Positions 59,686 to 64,000 of a stretch of DNA of 64,000 bases are shown piece after piece (the stretch's first letter is position 1; each line of letters opens with the position of its first letter). This DNA comes from Terracidiphilus sp. (GTDB lineage Bacteria; Acidobacteriota; Terriglobia; Terriglobales; Acidobacteriaceae), in contig JBMFHN010000001.1 in NCBI GenBank assembly GCA_049976805.1, forward strand, positions 1,265 through 65,264, written 5' to 3'. The notes beneath the pieces are model-generated. The model was not told the origin of the DNA and ran no database searches. It was given only the letters and a program-made list of their open reading frames with translations. Position numbers and translations under genes: made by a program.

Positions 59686-61164
59686 ATGAGCACTCGGCCC
59701 GAGGATGCGCTCGGCCTCTACCTTTCGATCCCCTTTTGCCGTTCGAAGTGCGTTTACTGCAACTTCGCCTCTGGCGTTTACCCGGCCCGCGACCACACCC
59801 GCTACATCGACCGTCTGATTGCCGACCTGGCCGGGGCACGCTGCTGGGCGGCGCGGAAGGGCGTCGATCTGCCCCGCCGCGTGGCCTCGGTCTATCTTGG
59901 CGGCGGCACGCCCAGCCTGCTCGCGCCCGAATTGATTGCCCGTCTTTTCACCGCCCTGCGTGCCGCTTTCGAACTTGTGCCCGCCGCCGAGATCACCGTC
60001 GAGTGCGCCCCCGGCCAGATTTCCGACGCCGCGCTCGCCGTCCTTGCTGCTGCCGGGGTGAACCGCGTCAGCCTCGGCGTCCAATCCTTCATCGACAGCG
60101 AAGCCCGCGCTTCGGGCCGTCTCCACGGCCGCGCCACGGCCCTTGCTGACCTCGACCGCCTGCGCGCGGCCGGCATTCACAATCTCAGCGTCGATCTCAT
60201 CGCCGGACTTTCCGGCCAGACTCTCGCCTCCTGGAGCGAGTCCCTCGAAGTGCTCGTCTCCACCGGCGTTCCTCATGCCAGCATTTATATGCTCGAAGTT
60301 GATGAGGACTCGCGTCTCGGTCGCGAACTGCTGGCTGGAGGCAGCCGCTACCACGCCGCTCTTGTCCCCACGGACGAGGCCATCGTGCAAATGGACGCGC
60401 TCGCCATCGAGCGTCTCGGCCGGGCCGGACTGCGCCCGTACGAGATCTCGAACTATAGCCGCCCCGGCTGGGAGTCGCGCCACAACCTGCGCTACTGGCA
60501 GCGTCGTCCCTACCTCGGCCTCGGCCTCGACGCCTCGTCCATGCTCCGCGTCGCATCGCCCGCAACGCAGGATGGCCGTAACCCTGCCCCGCGGCCCGGA
60601 GGCGATCTTGCGCAAAGTTCCCCGGAATCGTGTCCGCAGGGACGAATCGCGCCGGGCGCTGCGCTGTGCGAATGCGACGCTGGCCCCTTGGTTCCGGGCA
60701 GCGTTCTGCGCACCACCACCACCGCCGATCTTGCATCCTATCTGGCCGGCGCGGAACCGGCCGAAACCGCATGGCTCGGCCCCGCGCAGCAGCAGGAGGA
60801 AGCCTGGTTTCTCGGTCTGCGCCTCATGGCCGGCGTTCGAATCGCCGCTCTCGACCGGGAGTTTGGCCGGTCGTGCATCGCCCCGGCCCTGGCCGCCGTC
60901 GCCCGGCTCGCGGAAGCCGGCCTCGTCGTCGACGATCGTGAAACGGTGCGCCTCACCCCGCGCGGCCGCCTGATCTCGAACGAGGTCTTCGAGCAATTTC
61001 TGGGCTTGGAACCGGACCTGGAAGCGGGTCTGGACGGCTCGGATTCCGGATCGACGGGTGGCCGCGCGCCACGCGGTCTTCCCGATCCCCGATTGAATCC
61101 GCCCGCGCCGGTCCCGGTTTCACCGCCATCTTCAACCATGGCGCTGACTGAGCGCGACCCGTGA
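59686..61164 (+). CDS. HemN/HemW-like radical SAM protein (oxygen-independent coproporphyrinogen oxidase family)
   Basis: LYLSIPFCRSKCVYCNFAS, YLGGGTPSLL, RVSLGVQSF, NLRYWQ. Start at ATG 59686 or 59647. The track ORF start at 59293 overlaps the previous gene. Confidence 0.8.
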   Translation: MSTRPEDALGLYLSIPFCRSKCVYCNFASGVYPARDHTRYIDRLIADLAGARCWAARKGVDLPRRVASVYLGGGTPSLLAPELIARLFTALRAAFELVPAAEITVECAPGQISDAALAVLAAAGVNRVSLGVQSFIDSEARASGRLHGRATALADLDRLRAAGIHNLSVDLIAGLSGQTLASWSESLEVLVSTGVPHASIYMLEVDEDSRLGRELLAGGSRYHAALVPTDEAIVQMDALAIERLGRAGLRPYEISNYSRPGWESRHNLRYWQRRPYLGLGLDASSMLRVASPATQDGRNPAPRPGGDLAQSSPESCPQGRIAPGAALCECDAGPLVPGSVLRTTTTADLASYLAGAEPAETAWLGPAQQQEEAWFLGLRLMAGVRIAALDREFGRSCIAPALAAVARLAEAGLVVDDRETVRLTPRGRLISNEVFEQFLGLEPDLEAGLDGSDSGSTGGRAPRGLPDPRLNPPAPVPVSPPSSTMALTERDP

Positions 61165-61776
61165 TTCGAAGCGGAGATACAGGGCTTCGCCTAACTGTGA
61201 CACGGGTCATCTCATTTCGGACAACAGTTTTGTCTTGATTTCAGGAAACGATCCGTCGGCGATTGCCAACGGCGCCCTCGGCACGCTGCCTCCGCCTCCG
61301 GGTTCGTTGTGGCCTGCGCACGGCGCGAGGCGTTCCAGAAATTTCTCCAGGCGATGATGTTCCGCACAAGCTCGAAATTGTTCCCAACCGCTGCGGAAAG
61401 CCTGGAAACGCCTTGCCGCCATCGGCTGCAGATGGAAGACGGCCGCAGAAGACAGGGGAAAAGGCGGGACTGTCCGGGGATAACTGTTGCCTGTAATCTA
61501 CGGCAGAAACATGCGGGATGACTCCTCCTCCGCCTGGCAGCAGCACAAGAACAACGGATGCAATGGAATGATCGCGATGCTTCCCCTGGTCACCAGAATG
61601 ATGCTTATCCTCGCCCCTTGGAGTTTTTGGCGGCAAGGCTTGTTTGTCAAAAGGATTTTCTTTGCGTATTGTATTGTCTAGGTTATCGGCCGATCTAAGG
61701 CAACAGTGTAACTTCGTTTTGCAGCGGCTGGACCGGTCGTAGAATCCAAATCGAGAAATTCCATCAGGGGGAATAC

Positions 61777-62046
61777 ATGGCCATTTCAGAAATCCTGGCG
61801 AACATCGATCGTGATATCGCCCGCCTGCAGCAGGCTCGTTCGCTTCTAAGCGGCGATGCCGATGCAGTCAAGAAGAAGGCCGGCAACTCTCGCAAGAAGA
61901 TCGCGCCGAAGAAGGCATCCGTTACCCCATCCGCCAGCAAGACTGCAAAAAAGAAGAAGAGGAATCTTTCTCCCGAAGGAAGGAAGAGGATTGTCGAGGC
62001 TGTCAGGAATCGCTGGGCGGCGCAGAAGGCTGCGGAAGCAAAATAG
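61777..62046 (+). CDS. Small Lys-rich basic protein, hypothetical
   Basis: 89 aa: MAISEILANIDRDIARLQQARSLL...KKKAGNSRKKIAPKKA...KKKKRNLSPEGRKRIVEAVRNRWAAQKAAEAK. GGGGGA RBS. It lies in a lower-GC stretch next to tRNA-Val. Confidence 0.5.
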   Translation: MAISEILANIDRDIARLQQARSLLSGDADAVKKKAGNSRKKIAPKKASVTPSASKTAKKKKRNLSPEGRKRIVEAVRNRWAAQKAAEAK

Positions 62047-62538
62047 CAGCCAGACAACTGCATGGAAGCGAGGGAGCGCAGATCATGGGTCATCCATGTG
62101 CGGTGACTTGTGCTTGCTGATCTGGCCCGAATGATTGAAGTATCTTAAAGAACATTGGAAGATCGTTCACCCGTCCAGCATGTACAAGTCAAAGGGCAGG
62201 CGGCTGGAGTAGAAAACGAATCACACTCCGCGTGTTGCGTTGAGCCTGATTCTCCCGCCGATGTGTTCTCACCGGGCCCTTGACTGCGGCGCTTGGTGAA
62301 TGGCGTGGAAGGTTGGTTGACCGAAAGCCGCGCGATCATGCCTTCCCGCCCGAAAAGCAGGCTCTTCACAGCGGCCGTGGAATGTTCGGCGGAGCGGTTC
62401 GGGTGCACGGTCGCGCACGCCCGGAAGCCTGCCGGCAGAGTGCCCGCTCCGCGTTCGGGGCAAAATGAATTCCCCGGGGAGTTACCTGCGCGCGGGAGGG
62501 ATGAAGACGGAGAAAATCATGTATTTTTTGCTTCGGAT

Positions 62539-62615
62539 TGGTGGGCAGTGCAGGGCTCGAACCTGCGACCTCCTGCTTGTAAGGCAGGCGCTCTAACCAA
62601 CTGAGCTAACCGCCC
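62539..62615 (-). tRNA. tRNA-Val (anticodon TAC), CCA encoded
   Basis: Folded by hand. Acceptor stem GGGCGGT/ACTGCCC (one G-U pair), D arm GCTC-AGTTGGTTA-GAGC, anticodon arm CCTGC-CTTACAA-GCAGG, T arm GCAGG-TTCGAGC-CCTGC. Confidence 0.85.
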
Positions 62616-63055
62616 GCGCGAAGCGATATCAATCCCGCGGCTCGCTGTCATCATAACAGTGCGGATGCGGCGGGGCGAAATGCGGTCAAGATGAACGCGT
62701 GCCAACAGGTGTATCGTCGTTCTGGCCGATGCGGGCTCTGGGTTGATCCCCGCTCCGGCGCGCGGGAACCGGGCATGGTTTCCGGGAGGCTGAGAGGGCA
62801 GGCCGTGCGCTGCTGCCGCATCGTATAACGAGATCGTGGCCATTCCCGAATTCCTCTTGGTCCTGGCTCCGGCCGCCTGCGCGGTCATCATCGACGCCAT
62901 CTCCGGCCGCTCCTGTGCCGAAGTTCCGGGGCAGGCGTGATGTTCATGCGATTGCCCGGGACGAGCGCGGGGCGCAGCCACCGCGACTCAAAAAACTGCT
63001 AAAATCTATGTTCGGCCAGCCGAGGCCGGGAATCCATTCTGAGAAAGTCCGCACC

Positions 63056-64000
63056 GTGTCTGAAGAATCCAAGCGCGAATCCGTTACCTACGCCGACGCC
63101 GGCGTGGACATCAGCAGTGGCGACCGGGTCAAGGATCGCATCAAGTTCCTGGCCCAGAAGACCTTCAGCCGCAATGTGATCGGCGGAATCGGCGGCTTCG
63201 GTGCGCTCTTCCGGCTGGATTTGCAGCGCTGGAAGAGTCCGATTCTGGTCAGCTCGGCCGATGGCGTGGGCACCAAGCTGAAGGTGGCCTTTGATATGGG
63301 GCTGCATCACACGGTGGGCGCTGACCTGGTGAACCACTGCGTGAACGACATCGCGGTGCAGGGGGCGACTCCGCTGTTCTTTCTGGATTACCTGGCCAGC
63401 GGCAAACTGAACCCGGAAGTCGTCGAGAGCGTGGTGACCGGACTGGCCGAGGCATGCAGGGCCAACGGCTGCTCCTTGATCGGCGGCGAGACGGCGCAGA
63501 TGCCGGGCTTTTACGCCGACGGCGAATACGATCTGGCGGGCTTCATCGTGGGCGCGGTGGATCGCGAAAAGATCGTGACCGGCGCGGGGATCCGGGCTGG
63601 GGACGTGCTGATCGGATTGCCTTCGACCGGATTGCACACCAACGGCTATTCGCTGGCCCGCAAGCTGTTCTTCGAGGTGGCCGGCTACAAGCCGGCACAG
63701 TATGTGACCGCCATCCGGGAAAAGGCCGGCGCGGCGCTGATGAAGACCCACCGCAGCTATCTTCACCTGATTCAAAAGCTGGTGACGGCGGGGCTCACGA
63801 CCGGCATGGCCCACATTACCGGCGGCGGCATCACCGAAAACCTCAACCGCATCCTGCCCAAGAACGTCACGGCGCAGGTCGAGATCGGCTCCTGGCCTGT
63901 GCTGCCCATTTTCGAGCACCTGCGTGAGCTGGGCCAGATTCCGCAGGAGGAGATGCTGCGCACCTTCAACATGGGCGTGGGGCTGATTGCGGCTGTCCCG
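63056..64000 (+). CDS. purM: Phosphoribosylformylglycinamidine cyclo-ligase (AIR synthetase), C-terminal end lies beyond the window
   Basis: My own translation from the GTG at 63056: VSEESKRESVTYADAGVDISSGDRVK...SSADGVGTKLKVAF...DLVNHCVNDIAVQGATPLFFLDY...GGETAQMPG...MAHITGGG. The frame stays open to the window end, so it is absent from the track. An upstream in-frame ATG at 63008 is an alternative start. Confidence 0.9.
   Translation, partial: MSEESKRESVTYADAGVDISSGDRVKDRIKFLAQKTFSRNVIGGIGGFGALFRLDLQRWKSPILVSSADGVGTKLKVAFDMGLHHTVGADLVNHCVNDIAVQGATPLFFLDYLASGKLNPEVVESVVTGLAEACRANGCSLIGGETAQMPGFYADGEYDLAGFIVGAVDREKIVTGAGIRAGDVLIGLPSTGLHTNGYSLARKLFFEVAGYKPAQYVTAIREKAGAALMKTHRSYLHLIQKLVTAGLTTGMAHITGGGITENLNRILPKNVTAQVEIGSWPVLPIFEHLRELGQIPQEEMLRTFNMGVGLIAAVP

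Noticed and set aside
62616-63055. Possible purine or ZTP riboswitch upstream of purM
   Set aside because: No conserved ZTP (pfl) or purine-riboswitch core motifs were recognisable. The region is just GC-rich spacer after tRNA-Val.

Overview
High-GC bacterial chromosomal window. My guess is an Acidobacteria-like organism, which cannot be verified here. Coding is dense, with about 55 protein genes and 2 tRNAs. I saw no rRNA, CRISPR array, transposase or integrase. Main blocks: (1) The left edge holds the start of a propanediol-utilisation-type bacterial microcompartment operon on the minus strand (pduA-like BMC-H, pduB-like BMC-T, B12 diol dehydratase large subunit). Directly upstream is a sigma54 activator with a PocR-type sensor domain. 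(2) A complete methylmalonyl-CoA module lies at 15-24.5 kb: transcarboxylase 5S/12S/1.3S, epimerase, B12 mutase MutAB and MeaB. (3) The most unusual part is a roughly 10 kb island at 24.6-34.6 kb built as two divergent operons. It encodes three NifX/NifB-like (orange-protein-like) proteins, DUF169, DUF5320, two MinD/ParA ATPases with 2x[4Fe-4S] ferredoxin inserts, an Fe-S-type Rrf2 regulator, a truncated PAS fragment of a sigma54 activator, an arsenite-methyltransferase C-terminal remnant and two CoA-disulfide-reductase-family flavoproteins, one fused to rhodanese. This resembles the poorly understood anaerobe-specific ORP locus of Desulfovibrio, but expanded and rewired. (4) The rest is housekeeping: recQ, an ECF sigma/anti-sigma pair with two cyclophilins, a lytic transglycosylase, tricorn protease, glmS, ldh, purS, ppa, ppiD, glgP, phoH-ybeY-corC, ctaB, cytochrome c, a futalosine radical-SAM enzyme, a hemN-like gene and purM. 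Many long ORFs in the track are antisense artefacts of GC-rich coding DNA and were rejected.
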